Under the pieces are notes generated by a model. That model was not told the origin of the DNA. It did not search any database and was given only the letters and a program-made list of their open reading frames with translations. The translations under genes were made by a program, and so were the position numbers. DNA of 64,000 nucleotides from Eledone cirrhosa (Eukaryota): contig OZ024744.1 in the NCBI GenBank assembly GCA_964016885.1, positions 63,240,001 to 63,304,000 on the forward strand, given 5' to 3'. Every line of letters starts with the position of its first letter. Within the stretch, counting starts at the first letter, position 1. This document shows positions 38,196-52,759 of this stretch, one piece after another.

Positions 38196-39854
38196 ATTTT
38201 TGAGAAAAATACTTTATTTTATGTTGTTCCAGTCCTCTTAGCTGGCAAAAATTAGTTGTGTCTATAATTCAAAGAGGCAGCCCTGTTACACACTGAATCT
38301 CCTTGAGATCTACTTTGAGAGTACACATATCTGTAGAATGCTCTGCCACTTACATGCTAATTTCCCAAGTAGTTTATTCCATTGGTCTAATAACTGGAAT
38401 ACATGTCATAGGAACTGATGGAGGTTCATCACACACATACATATCTATATTGATTTTTTAAAAAAATGGAATTAGAGACCAGTGGCTCTTTAAGATAAAA
38501 AGCAAACTAGAATCAGCAGAGTTATGTGCCTTGATCAGGAGAACACACCATAATAGCTGTCTTTAATAAAATTTGAACTTATGACCACATTGTCAGTGGT
38601 CAAGCCTTTTAACCTCACAGCTATTGGCACCTTTTTGCGTTAATATATTATGTGAAGGACCTTTTACAAGGTCGTTTGGCCAGCTAGCAATAGTAGTTGA
38701 ATCTCCTTCAAAGTACACCCTACTATCTTTTAAAAACAAAAGTATACTTTAGAGAAAGTAGTTTGGACCATATGATATGTTATGCTTATGATGGGAATGA
38801 TTTTGCTCATGATCTGCTCAACTAGGGTTCCAACAAAGGCACATAGCGTAAATTCCGTTTTATTTTTGTTTCTTTTTTTAAATAGCTGCACGGCATCCAT
38901 GTGTATCATAAGAGGCAGCATAATGGGCATCTGATTGTAAAACATTTCATCATTAAGCCCTGTCCAACCCATGCCTTCCTTTTTTCACACTGATTCCTGA
39001 GAGGGTCGTGCGGGTAGAATCCTCAAAAGCTCCTTCTAGCAGGTCCTGTCAGAAGCAACTGTCTCCAACTGATCCAGCTGGATCCTCAAGTGAGACCAGC
39101 CAAGCTCATGGATGTTAGCCAACCATCTTGCTTGATGGGGTCTGCTCCTAGATCTCTTGCCGGTCAGTTTTGCCTGTAAAATCTATCCAGTGATTTTTTC
39201 CTGAACGTGGAAAAACAGATTTAATGATGGTGATAGCTGAAGACGATGATGATGATGACAACGACAATATGCTCGTGGAAAGATGGAGAAGGGTTGAGGG
39301 GACATACTCATATGTTGGTCTTTTTCCAAGTCTTATCAACCGAACCAGCTGCAAGTAAATCCATAAAAAAATGAAAGCGCTACCTGTTATCTAAAATATT
39401 TAAAAATAATCCCATCCTCAAACATTTTGTTGTTGTTGTTGTTGTGGTGGTATTTGTTGTTATTGTTGTTGCTATGGTTGTTTTTTATCTTATTATTGTT
39501 GATGTGAATTCTTTCTCTCTAATATGACAAACTCTTTAATTGTTTAGTTGCCCTTCCCGTTTCATTTTAAGAATCCTACTTCCAACTACTGCTGACATTG
39601 ATGGACACACACACCACACACACACACACACACCACACACACACACACACCATGCACACACACACACCACACACACACACACACCATGCACACACACGCA
39701 CCACACACACACACACACCATGCACACACAAACAAACAAATGCTCAAATTGAAAACACAACTGTTTGATAAATTTTAAATTCTTAATAACATTTATGAAG
39801 CTGCAGTACAGTAATGTTTTCAATATGACATGTCTGAAAGAAAAGCTGTTTCCT

Positions 39855-39924
<70 letters not shown>

Positions 39925-40869
39925 CCATCACCACCACCACCATCATCATCATCAATTAACGTCTATCTTCCACGCTAGCATGGGTTAGACGAATCCCATT
40001 TAGAGGCAAGTTGGGTCAGGTGACTGAGCCTTGCTCATATTGGGGTGTTTCTGGCCACTTTTCTATGGGTGGATGCCCTTCCTAACGCCAACCACATTGA
40101 TAGTGTGTCCTGGGTGCTTTTTGACGTGTCTTTTACACGTCCACAGTGTGGGCTGGAGGGTGGGGCATACTGTAGATATGCTTCAGCTTGTGCTCGTAGG
40201 AAGTCGGGTCTTCTGTAATACTGTGTATCGCCAGAGATCCTGATCCTGTGTCATCACCTTTGAGAGGTGCAATTGGTCTTCATGGATCTCTCCACTCCAA
40301 GGCTTCCAACGATTTTGAGCACTCTGCACCTTTTTATGCAGCTGTCATACTTTATACACAACACATGTCCATACTAATGCAATCTTCTCTCCTGCATACA
40401 GCATTTGATTCCTCTTATGCCTAGTTTCTCTCTCAGTTCATTTATGCTTTGCTATTCTTGTATATTACTATTACACATCCGTCGGAGCATGCAGGCTTCA
40501 TTTCTTTCCAATCCTATATATATATATATACACATATATACACATACACATATTTATATATATGTATATATTTATATTTATATATATATAAATGGAAAAG
40601 AATGAAACGAAATTTCATTTCTCACTCTTAGTACGGCTGGTACTTAAATGTAAGTATGTATGTATATGTACATACATATATGTATACAGACGTACAGTAG
40701 TATGTATATATATATACATACATGCACACATATATATATATGTACGTATGGGTTTACCGAACATTTATTATAATGCTCAGTTTGTTTGTAAATAAACAAA
40801 CAGCCCGAATTACGCTGTACAGTGTTCAGGCAACCATCGTCACCTTTTTGTTCAACACTGACAAAGGAA

Positions 40870-40910
40870 CGCTGTACTAGTTTCAAGCTTATTAGCTATC
40901 GTCAGCATCG
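40870..40910 (-). ncRNA. Minimal type I hammerhead ribozyme motif (Penelope-type)
   Basis: Minus strand CGATG-CTGACGA-TAGCT-AATA-AGCTT-GAAA-CTAG-TA-CAGCG: conserved core, palindromic stem III, GUA cleavage triplet; one mismatch each in stems I and II. Confidence 0.6.
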
Positions 40911-42084
40911 TATACCTTCCTGCCAGATGGTTGAACATCTGAAAGTATATACTTTCCTTATGCATATTAACGGCTGAGCAGCCTAATTTGCATATTGAGT
41001 AAGTTAGTTGGCCGGGCGCACCCGAACTACACCGATGTCCTGTAATTCAGTGCCGAACCATCGGTTCGGGATACATTTACAGCATGGAAACTCCTTTCTT
41101 CCTTTCTCCTCCGGTTCTGTCCTAACCACCACCCTAAACCTTGTTTTTAGCAACCACACAGCTCCTTTCGTTTCATAACTTTTTGTATATATATATATTT
41201 ATTAAAATAACAGATTAAAGTTTAAGCAAAGAATCGTTGCTTTCACCCTTAACAGGATCTTCTGAAACTAACAAAGTCAATCTGTGAACGCAGAAGTGAA
41301 TATTTCAAATGTGGGCTGGGCTGTATATATATATATATATATACAGCCCAGCCCACACTGTATAGTGGTCAACTGTGGTCATGTAGGTGTCACAACAAAA
41401 AGCACCCAGCCCACACTGTAAAGTGGTCATGAGTGTGTCACAACAAAAAGCACCCAGTTCACCCTGTAAATGAAGTTGGTGTTAGGAAGGGCATCCAGCT
41501 GTAGAAACCAAGCTAAAATCACTTCTGTATGAGCAAGACATGGTCACCTGATCTGGCATTGCCCACAACAGGACAACTCGTAAATGTATGTAAATGGATG
41601 TAAAACGATGATGATAATGATGATGGTGTATATTCATAATGAGTTTCTCTCATTATTCTATGAATTCTAATGCACATCTGCTCCATCTTGGTCTTCAAGA
41701 CATTGTTTATATATATATATTTATTTTATATAGAAATAACTTCTACAGGACTAGAACATATACATATGAAACAGTTCTTGTCCTGTAGAAGTCATTTATA
41801 TATAAAATAAACATGTCTATTCTTTAATAACATATTGGGTACCCTTTTTAACTGTGGTCACCTCCAGATACCCATCAGGAATCCACCTGTAAAGTAGATG
41901 TGTAGGAGTCACGACAAAAAGCACCCAGCACATACTGTAAAGTGGTTGATGTTAAGAAGGGCATCCAGTCATAGAAACAGTCTTATATGAGCATGACAAG
42001 GTCACCAGACCCAAATTGCCAGCATGGAAAATGATCGTAAAACGATGATGATGATATATATATATATATATATGTATATATATG

Positions 42085-42144
<60 letters not shown>

Positions 42145-42146
<2 letters not shown>

Positions 42147-42465
42147 AACCTTGGTCTTCCTCTTCTAGTGTGTCCATGTAGGGGCTCCCACAGGAGCACT
42201 GAGTGCAATGTCAACTCTGGATGTCGGTGAGCATGTCCAGCCAACCTCAGTCTCCTCTGTGTCACTTTTGAGCTGACTTTTGGGATGCTCCCATACAGCT
42301 CTGAGTTTTTCATCCTCAGTGTATACTGATTAATGTTCAGAGCCATCCTCAGCATTCTCGTGTAGCACCCATCCACCATCTGAGTGAGTTTCTTGGTCAG
42401 TTTCCAAGTCTCAGACCCATAGAGCAGCACAGACTCCACTACAGCAATGAAGAGGCGGATTTTCT
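42145..42465 (-). mobile_element. RTE-like LINE 3' ORF fragment (a second family)
   Basis: ESVLLYGSETW...RRLRLAGH...[14 protein letters not shown]. Confidence 0.85.
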
Positions 42466-42572
42466 AAGGACAGACACTGGTCTGTTGGAGATGCAGGACA
42501 TGGCAGCGATAATGAGGGACAGAGACTGCTGGAGAGAACTCGTCCATGGATCTCGGGAATTTTACCCTCCTT

Positions 42573-42658
<86 letters not shown>

Positions 42659-43885
42659 ATATATATATATATATATATATCATCATCATCATCATCATCA
42701 TCATCATCGTTTAACGTCCATCTTCCACGCTAGCATGGGTTTGAACGGGAATTGTCCCACTTGAGGCAAGATTGGTTGTCTTGCTCAGGACTGTCTGGTG
42801 TGTTTTCTACGGCTGGATGCCCTTCCTAACACCAACCACGTTTACAGTGTGGACTGGGAGGTTTTTACTGTGTTACCTACACGGCCACATTACAGCGTGG
42901 ACTGTGTGTTTTTTTTGTCGTGACACCTACACGACCTCATTTATTTAGGACTGGATGTTGTGGTACCAACATAGTTTACATCAAAATTTATATATATATA
43001 TAAAAATGTAAGTCCAAAGAATCATTAGATAAAATATATACAGTATTTCCTCTCCCAATCAGTATAAATTAACCACATAAAAAATCATTTAAATGAGGCT
43101 ATAAGTTTAAAATGTACTTATGAAGAAATAATAGACAAATAATACAGATTCTTTTTCGCGATGTACAGCCATATGACACTTACCTAATTATCCCTCCTAG
43201 CCTGTAGAAATTGACTAGACAAATAGTTAACTACACGGAATTAGGTACAAAATAGAAGTTTAAAGAAAAAATGCACATAAATTTTACCAGAATTCTCATA
43301 TATATATATACAAGTGGAAGCTTAGTAAAATTGAAGCTTTGGCTGTGGCTAAACTAACGACCTACAATTAGGAATGAGCACCAAAGCACTCAATAAGGTT
43401 GCAGGCCTTAGCGTAATAACATACATTTAGACAGCTTTATATATATAAAGTGTGCATGGTAGTGAGACATGGGCAGCAACTGCAGAGGATATGCGACGGC
43501 TGGAGAGAAATGAGGCAAGCATGCTCCGTTGAATGTGCAATGTCAATGTGCGTGAATGACCCAGCATGAATGTGTTGTGAGAGAAACTGTGCCTGAGAGG
43601 GATAGAATGTAGTGTACGGGAGAGGAGACTGAGGTGATATGGACATGTGATGTGCATGGAGGATGACCAATGGGTGAAGAAGTACCAGGAAATGCCAGTT
43701 GAAGGAAGACGTGGTAGAGGTAGACGACGAAAACCATGGGCGGAGGTGGTGAGAACAGACCTCAGATCATTGAAGCTCACGGTGGAGATGACGAGGGACC
43801 ATGACGAGTGGAGAGATGCTGTGCTGAATAAGACCCGTCCCACCCTTGCAAGCAGGGAAAAGCAGACGTAAAATGATGATGATGA

Positions 43886-43976
<91 letters not shown>

Positions 43977-44339
43977 GAGAGAGACATGCATTTATGTTTG
44001 AAAAAGCAAAAAAACTTATATAAGCCTTCCTGGTCTAATTTATAAATCAATGTTAAAGATCAATCTGGAGGAACTATTAGAAAATTATGCATATGTGCAC
44101 ACACTCATGCACACACTCATGCACACACACACACACACACATGCACATGTATCATCATCACTGTTTTTTGTCTATTTTCCATGCTTTAGACAGGTTGTCA
44201 CATTCTGAGATCAGACAGGTCAGGTGAACACATCTTGTTCATACACTCCATTTCGGCATGGTTTCTGCACTTTGGTGCTTTTCGTAATATCAACCCACTT
44301 CATAGTGGGAACTGGGTGCATTTTACAATGGCCTTGCCA

Positions 44340-44560
44340 ACTCCACACACCCTTGATTTTGCCAGCTCCATCTCCAACATGTTCATCCACTTCCTGGACA
44401 TCTCTGGCTCCATTGACCCATCCCATTGTTCCCTCAAATCCTCTGCCTTCATCAAACCCACCAATTTCCACTCCTACCTCGACTTCACTTTAACTAACCC
44501 CACTCATACCAAACACGCCATCCTCTACTTTCAATTCCTCTGCCTCTTCTGCCTGTGCAG
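44340..44560 (+). mobile_element. Penelope-like RT fragment
   Basis: LDFASSIS...FLDIS...KPTNFHSYLDF...P.HTKHAI.Y.QFLCL..LCS. Confidence 0.75.
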
Positions 44561-44818
44561 TTGAACTTATGATTTTGAAATGCAGGCTCACTATATATAT
44601 ATATATATAATTGTTTCTACTTTTGGCACAAGGCCAGCAATTAGCCAGTACATTACTGGTACTTTATTTTATCGACCCCTGTAAGGATGAAAGGCAAAGT
44701 TAACCTTGGCTAAATAATGCAAGAAGCAAAGAAAATTTCAGTTTTCCAAAAGATGGCAACATGAATGGACCTGTTATTTTTAGCTAAAGCCATTTTTTCC
44801 AACTAATTTCTCATTCTT

Positions 44819-44854
44819 TCTTCTGATGAAAGACTAGCGTCCGAAACGTTAAGA
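44819..44854 (+). ncRNA. Minimal hammerhead ribozyme motif in a Penelope pLTR-like repeat
   Basis: TCTT-CTGATGA-A-AGAC-TAGC-GTCC-GAAA-CG-TT-AAGA; homologous to the copy at 56886. Confidence 0.55.
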
Positions 44855-44934
44855 CCCTCTTCCTGCTATTTCAAAGTTAACCTAATATATCCCTTCCATA
44901 TACTGTACCGATTGTGTTGTTATTTCTGTTTACC

Positions 44935-44982
<48 letters not shown>

Positions 44983-45043
44983 GTGTGCGTGTGTGTTCGC
45001 TCAACAAGGTTGCCCCGACACTCTGGTATAAGCTGTTCTAATT

Positions 45044-45275
45044 CACACCCGTGAAGTCAGCTGCAGCACTGCCCTCACACACCTCGCCACTACCCTCCCA
45101 CCAACTCCCATTCCCCCATATCTACCACCTCTCCACTTAGCCCCTCCAGAGGACGATCCTCCATCTCGTCTGCCACCATCAGTTGGACCAGGCGCACACA
45201 ACCTCCGGAATCTCCTCGTCTGCAGTTCCCTTCCTTCCTTCCTCCAGCTTCTTTCCCACTTCTGCTCCCGACTCC
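45044..45275 (+). mobile_element. Penelope-like RT/GIY-YIG linker fragment
   Basis: C-rich segment encoding HNLRNLLVCSSLP, typical of the NLRxxLVRS linker motif. Confidence 0.6.
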
Positions 45276-46534
45276 ACTGCCACACATGCAACTTCTTTTT
45301 GATATGCTATAACTTTTGTCAAGTTTGCTATAAACCCTTTGATTCTAAGTTCTGTTTCCACAGCTGTAGTTTCTTCTTTATCTTTTTCTCAGATTTAACT
45401 ATAAGAACCAGGTCATCCACATACAGAAGTTCTCATGAACAGCCAGTTTTAAATTCCTCTGTTATAGTCAGGAGAACTATAATAAACAGGCAGGGGAGGA
45501 CTGAGGACTACTTTGCTATGTGGAACATTTCACATCTCTGATCATCATATTGCAGGACCTTGGCAAACCTCCTACTTTCAGCTTCTTTGTGTGTTATGTA
45601 TATCTGTCATCTAGATTCTCTTGTCTTGTATTGACCTTCTTTGCTGCCCTAATTTTTTTCAGTCTTTCTACACCTATTTCTTGGCTTCAATATCTCTATC
45701 GATGGTGTCGTTCCACCACTATGCCACCCTCTGTTTAGTTAGTGCTTTGTTCCAGTCACAAGTTTTATTAGTAACTTACAACAGCATGTCTCAAAGGTAC
45801 TTCCAATTGTCTTTTTTTATGTCATATGTATCTAACACCTCCACCCTCTTGTTATATGCAGCGTATAGAACATTCCAGAATCTAAATTCAGAATTTAAAC
45901 CAGCCATGTCCTGCTAATATTCTCTCCCTCTTTTTCTGTTCAAACTGGCCATAACCAGCTGCTCATGTCGGCATTAAGATGTCATTCTCTAAATAAATAA
46001 TAATGTCATCAAAATCTTGGTAAATTTGAGATTATATGAGATAAAACCTTTACTATGAAAATACAATAGTAAATATATAGTAATGTAAATGCTAAAGAGT
46101 TAACAGCTTCCATCCTCTCATTCTTCAGATTATCTTGCATTCCTTATTCTGTTTTGTGTTTATTCTGATGTAACTAATAACTAATTTGTGTTAGGTGATG
46201 TGTTCTTCTCTGGGGGATTCAGCCAGATCAATTGGAGACAGTTGCTTCTGATAGGACCTTCTAGAAGGAGTGTTTGAGGTCTCTGCTAACCCCCCCCCTC
46301 CCATCCCTCTTACCATCAGTCTATCCCATTTTCTAACCAGTAAAAAGTAAATCTGGCTTGTGTGTTTGCTTGATAGGTAGGGAATCAGGTGGGCTCTGGA
46401 TTCATGGAATAATGACAAGGTCAGTAGATATGTTGTCTTTCACTCAGTTGTTTGGGGCAGATTACCCATGCGCTTGCTATAAAAGTTATGATTGATTAGA
46501 GGGTAGCATGGGGGTGACATGAACCAGGGGTGGG

Positions 46535-46620
46535 GCCAACAACAACAGTAGCAACAACAACAATAACAGTAACAGCAACGTCAGAGCAGCAGCAGCAGCA
46601 GTAACAGCAACAGCAGCAGT

Positions 46621-46652
<32 letters not shown>

Positions 46653-46765
46653 TAGCAGCAACAGCAGCAACAGCAACAAGAACAGTAACAGCAGTAACAA
46701 CAAGAACAGCAACAGTAACAACAGCAGTAGCAGCAATATCAACAACAGTAGCAACAACAATAACA
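46535..46765. repeat. (CAA/CAG/TAG)n compound microsatellite
   Basis: Direct reading. Confidence 0.95.
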
Positions 46766-47442
46766 GGCCCTTCTCACTCCTGTGGAGGAACCCTTACCTG
46801 GTTGACCTCTACTGTTTCTTATCTTCGGTTATATTGAGCCATGTGTGGGGGCTGAGATAGGTTAAATCATTGCATCATCTCGCCTTTGACTGCCTTGGTG
46901 TCCACTCTGTCACTCTAATAGTCCACCTTTTGTCTCTGAAATGGGAGACATAGCCAGCCCATCTATCTTTGCCCATCTTGATGGTCTTGATTATATCTTT
47001 TATGCTAGTTTACTGTCAAATCCAGGTGTTTCTCTTCCTATCGAGTAAGTTGATGCCAAGCATGATTTGCTCCATTGTACGTTGGACGACTGCAAGAGTC
47101 TCTGCAGTAGTGGTATTGAGTGCCCACATCTCACTTCCATAGATCATCACCAGCTTTCTTTTGGTTTCGATTGTTGTCTTGGATTTCAAATAATGTTATA
47201 AACTTTTCCAAAAGCTGCTCAGCCAAAAACAATCCTTTTTTTGACCTCAGGAAGTAAAGCATCATCTTTTGCAATCTTCTTTCCGAGAAACACATAACTG
47301 TCTACTTCCTTGATGGTCTTTTCATTTACAATAACTGGTGATGGTTTAGCATGACTGTTAAACATGACCTTGGTTTTCCCAAGAAGGATGTTAAGGCCTA
47401 CTGGCTGGCTCACAGTGTGGATAGCATTGAGCATCTCCTCCA
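46766..47442 (-). mobile_element. RTE/BovB-like LINE 3' fragment
   Basis: GLNILLGKTKVMFN...IKEVDSYVFLG...EVKKRI, YGSEMW and WAGY motifs. Confidence 0.85.
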
Positions 47443-48481
47443 CACAACAACATCAGACATACAGAAATAAATTGGACAGTGGAGAGGACATAACACATGC
47501 AGACTGTGATACAACACAACATAGAAGCATCATCCTCATCATCATTATTATCCCTACCACCACCACCACCACCACCACCACCACTATTATTATCACTATT
47601 ACCATCATCATCATTATCATCACCATTATCATCATCATCATCACTATTACCATCATCACCATTACACCCATCGTCATACCCCCAGCTATTACTGGTACTC
47701 ATTTTCAGCTGAGTATACTGGAGCAACGTGAAATGAAGTGTTTTGCTCAAGAACACAACACACAAACCAGCCCAGGAATTGAATCCACAACATTATGATT
47801 GTAGGTTCAACACCCTAACCGCTAGGCCATGTGCCTCCACAGATATAGAAGCATTAACATAATTCCCAAACTGAATCAATATGATGCAAAATGTGGTAAG
47901 GTTGGATCTATAAATTACAGGTACAATCAATCCAATAGGCTTCCATACAGCTTCTGTCTACCAAATTTCATTCATAAAACTTGGGTCAACCTGAGGCTAT
48001 GATAGAAGACACTTCATCTAAGATGCCGCGCTGTGGAATTGAATTCAGGTGCCTCTTGATTGCATCAGATTACCTATCTGCTTGCTGTATATAGGTTCCA
48101 CTCAATCGAAGCTAACCTAAGGCTAAATAAATAACATAAAAAAAAATCTCCCTAACATGCTGTGCCAATCTAACCTGTAATCTCTGGTCTTTTGATATCT
48201 CATGTTTACTGTATAACATCTCTTACTCTACTGAACTTGTCATAACAATTTCAAATCCTTTACTACACAGAATATAAATACTGTTTAGAACAGGAGAAAA
48301 ATAAAGAAAAAAAATGAAAGAATATAAATAAGATTTTGGTGTCCAGCATACCAAAGCAAAACAAAAGGAAAAAAAGGTAGGACAAGAAAGACAAAAGGAA
48401 ATTAGGCTTGGCTTCACAAAAGTTTAAAAAAGAATTGCTCCTGAAAGAAGGAAAATAATAATAATAATAATAATAATAATG

Positions 48482-48520
<39 letters not shown>

Positions 48521-48725
48521 GCACATAAATTAATAAAATTAAAAAATTAATAGTGATACAACAACAACATATGTAATAGTTTAGTTTTAGAAACAGGAAA
48601 CCAATGACATTGGGAATATTTTGTGGCTAAATTCACAGGATATCACAAACATAATTTGAAGGTTATTTTGACAAAAAAAAAACAGGAAGAAAAAAAAAAC
48701 ATATAGATATACATATCTATATGTG

Positions 48726-48784
<59 letters not shown>

Positions 48785-51700
48785 AAGTATATATATATGT
48801 TTATATATATGTGTGTGTGTATGTATATATATATATATTGTTATAATAAATACAAAAATCAAAAATCCAAAGAGGGCTCAATAAGGATTGTATATATATA
48901 AGTATATATAACCCCATAGAGCAAATGTTTATTATTAGCACAGATTAAAGTTAAAGTAAAAAATGTCTGCTTTCACTTTATACAGGCCCTTCTGAAACTG
49001 AGAAAAATTAATCTGTAGACATAGAAGTAAAAAAAAAAGTTATGACCAAATATTGCCTTTAGAAAAGAGCAAGACACAACAGCAGTTCATGAAGACATTC
49101 ACTTGAGATGGGTGGAATATATGAGAGGATAATTACGTCATTATGTGGAGCGAAAAGAATAAATTCTTGCTATGGAAAAAACATATTTTAGTTAAGAAAA
49201 AATCAGAAGACTAATATTCTTTTTAGAATAGCCAAATGAATTCCAGCTACCATGTATGGAAATTGATGTTAATAAAAGTAAAATGATTTTAAAACACCTG
49301 AAGGTATTAATAATTGTTTCTACGTTTGGCACAAGGGCAGCAATTACCCAGTGTATTACTGGTACTTTATTTTATCGACCCCGTAAGGATGAAAGGCAAA
49401 GTTAACCTCAGCGGGATTTGAACTCAGAATGTAAAGAGCCATAACTCTATGCTGCAAAGCATGGTGTCTGATGCTCTACTGATACTGCCAATCCACCGCC
49501 CTAACAAAAGTAATAATGGTTTCTTATATAGGCACAAGGCCAGCAATTTTGGAGGAGGGGAAAGTCAATTAAATCGACCCCAGTGCGTGACTGGTATTAT
49601 ATTTTATCGACCCCGTAAGGATGAAAGGCAAAGTTAACCTCAGCGAGATAATAATAAGAACATTAATAGCAATACATAAGTATGTGCTGACTGGCATGGA
49701 TGCATGTGTAAATGAAGATTATACACACATGTATACGCATATACACATATACATGTGTGCATGGACACATGTATGCACATGTGCATTTGCATCTGCGCAC
49801 ACAAATGCATACATACATATACATATACTCATGCATATGTGTATATGATATACACATATACGTACATATATATTTAATATACGTATGCACATACACATAC
49901 ATGTGCATACACCTACTTATGTGTATGCATATACACATATGGATATATATATATCATTATCATCATCATCACTGTTTTATGTCCGTTCTTCCACACTAGC
50001 ATGGGTTAGACGGGTTGTCTTGTTGTGTACAGTGTCCGGTCGGCTGACCTTGTCTTGCTTATACGGGAATTGATTCTGGCTATAAACACATATATATACA
50101 TATATATATATACATACATAAACATATATACATACATATACGCAATACATATATATACACATCATCATCATCGTCAATTAGCGTCTATCTTCCATGCTAT
50201 CATGGGTTAGACGGGTTTGTCCCAATTAGAGGCAAGTTGGGTCTGGTGACTGTGACTCACTCATATAGAAGAGTTTCTGGCTGGTTTTCTATGGCTGGAT
50301 GCCCTTCCTAATGCCAACCACATTGGCAGTGTGTGCTGAGTGCTTTTTGCCGTGTCTTTTATATGTCCACTTTACAGTGTGGGCTGGTTGTTTTCGGGCT
50401 GGTCTTCTACGATTGGATGGCCTTCCTAACCACATTTACAGTGTGTGCTGGGTATTTTTTGTCATGACACTACATGATCACTTTACAGTGTGGGCTGGAT
50501 GTTCTTTATATATACACACATACACATACATACATATAAGATATACATACATATACATATATAAATAAATAAAATTTGCGTATAAATTTAGAATGTTCTT
50601 AGCTACCACATCATGACGTATATTATCAGCATAGTGTTGGTACTATCTGTTAGGATATAATGTTGGGCTGTAATACAGTTTATGCTTACAAGCTGAAATT
50701 GCCTCAGATTTTTTGTTTAAGATTCATTTGTTCGGTGGTGCAAAGATCACACAGTCTTTTATTTCCATTATAGCTTCTAGCTTTAACTAAGATCTCCCAG
50801 TGTAACCTATTAACAGATGTGATTATTTTTTAAACTCCAGATATAGGCTGAAAGTGAAGTATATTCCTTCTTAGAGTTTTGAAATGAATGGGAGTGCATG
50901 TACAGATGCTGCTTAAATAAATAAGCAATAAAAACATTGACCCAAAGTTCCACACTGGAAGCACACGAGAGCAACATGACTTTGTTAACTACTTAAAACT
51001 GTCTACATCTGGCAGAATTGTTAGAGAATCTGACTGAATGCATTGTGGTCTTTTAATATGGCTCTTAAAATACTACTGAGGTCAACTTTGCTTTTCATTT
51101 TTCTGGTGTTGATAAAATAAAGTACTGGTCAAGTACTGCGGTCAATTTATTATACTTATAATGCATTCTAGATGTGAATGGAATTTTAATAGAAGGCTTG
51201 AAAGAAACAAAGCATAACTGCCCCAATGCATGTGTAATGTTAATGTACATAAACAATTTAGCATGGATGAGTTGAGAGAAAAACTGGGTATAAGATGAAT
51301 CAGATATAGTGTGTAAGAAAGAAGATTGCACTGGTGGGGACATGTGATGCTTATGGATAATGATCATTGAGTGAAGAAGTGCCAGGAGTTTCCAGAGACA
51401 GGAAAGTTCAGAAAAGGAAAATCTGAGCAGATGTGGTAAGAATGGATTTCAAAAGACTGAACTTCACAGAGGAAAGGATGAAGGAACTCAATGGGTAGAG
51501 GCAGGAGGGAACTCATCCAACTCATACAAGGATGAAAAAGAAATCAGACATAAAATGCTGCTGCTGTTGATGATGATGATGATGACATTCACTAAATTAA
51601 GGCTATAGTATAAGGCATTTAATTTCCCCCAAGGTTCTATGCAGTGCAGTACCAAATTTCAGGTACAGGCAACCATTTTTGAGCAGTGGGCCACATGACT

Positions 51701-51964
51701 CATGATATGGCAAGTCACAATACTAAAAAATTCAAGGCAATTTTGAAATTAGGCACACCATTCAGAAAGCCAAATGAACCACATGCAGTTCACAAGCTGC
51801 AGTTTGCTGTTAAATGCAGAGGGATAAATGGGGTTTGTATAAGAACCAAGACACAATACTCTGTCTTACTTTGTACACACAAAATAATAAATAAAAAAAC
51901 AACTTTATAAAACAGGAGAACGAATGTTCAGTTATCGTTACACCAATGATACGAGCCTGGACAG

Positions 51965-52494
51965 CAGAAGCATAACTAGGGAAAATAGCACCTATGATAA
52001 GCAGTGAAATTGCACCCCTGCCCAGCACTTTATTTTTACCTATGGGCCTAACAATTTATATAAATGGTTTAATGATCCAGCCACCATAGTGTTCTCACCC
52101 ATGATAATCAGAGACAGATCGTACATCTGAAGGAGTTTCTTTTTTTTTTTTTTTTCACTCTCCGACGAGGCTTATCTGACTTTAACTCTTTAGCATTCAC
52201 ATTACTTTATATATACTATTATATTTTCATGGTAAAGGCTTTACCTCACATAATATCTCACATAATATCGAATCTAGAAATTTTGAAAGTATTTATTTTG
52301 AGAACAATACCTTAACATCAGTTTGAGCAACCAGTTTCAGCCAGTTTCAACAGAAAAAGGTAGAGAATTCTGGCTGGTTTTGGCCGGTTTGAACATTAAA
52401 GGGCTAATAGAACATGCTCCTAGTCCAAGTGGCACCTCCTTTATGTGACGCCCATGGCATGAGCCATGCTTGCCATACCCTAGTTACGCCTCTG
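51965..52494. mobile_element. Non-autonomous hAT-type element with a nested piggyBac MITE (52186-52403)
   Basis: Imperfect TIRs CAGAAGCATAACTAGG / CCTAGTTACGCCTCTG and a perfect 8-bp TSD CTGGACAG (51957-51964, 52495-52502). Confidence 0.88.
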
Positions 52495-52759
52495 CTGGAC
52501 AGTGTGGGAGAACACTCTCTGGTATGCTGAACTCCAGACACATTGATGGTCCTAGCAGACAGAATGGAGGAAGCTTTACCCAGGAGTATAGTGAGCAAGA
52601 CACTATAGATTATAGATATATTAATAGTTTAGTTTAAAGCATAAGTAGAGTAGAAAGTTAAATACAACGACAACACCCACTTCAAACTTTTTTTTAAATG
52701 TCTTCAAATTGTTGATTTAAAATTACCGGTTACTTTAGTGAAGAGGATAAGGAAATATG

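Noticed and set aside
39536-39959. Poly-Met/poly-Ile and HT-repeat ORFs
   Set aside because: Translations of (CAT)n and (CA)n microsatellites
49205-49297. Minus-strand hydrophobic terminal exon (CFKIILLLLTSIPYMVAGIHLAILKRILVF*)
   Set aside because: Weak acceptor abutting a SINE tail; AT-rich DNA readily yields hydrophobic translations
51810-52028. Hydrophobic ORF resembling a membrane-protein exon
   Set aside because: Overlaps the hAT MITE terminus and its TSD
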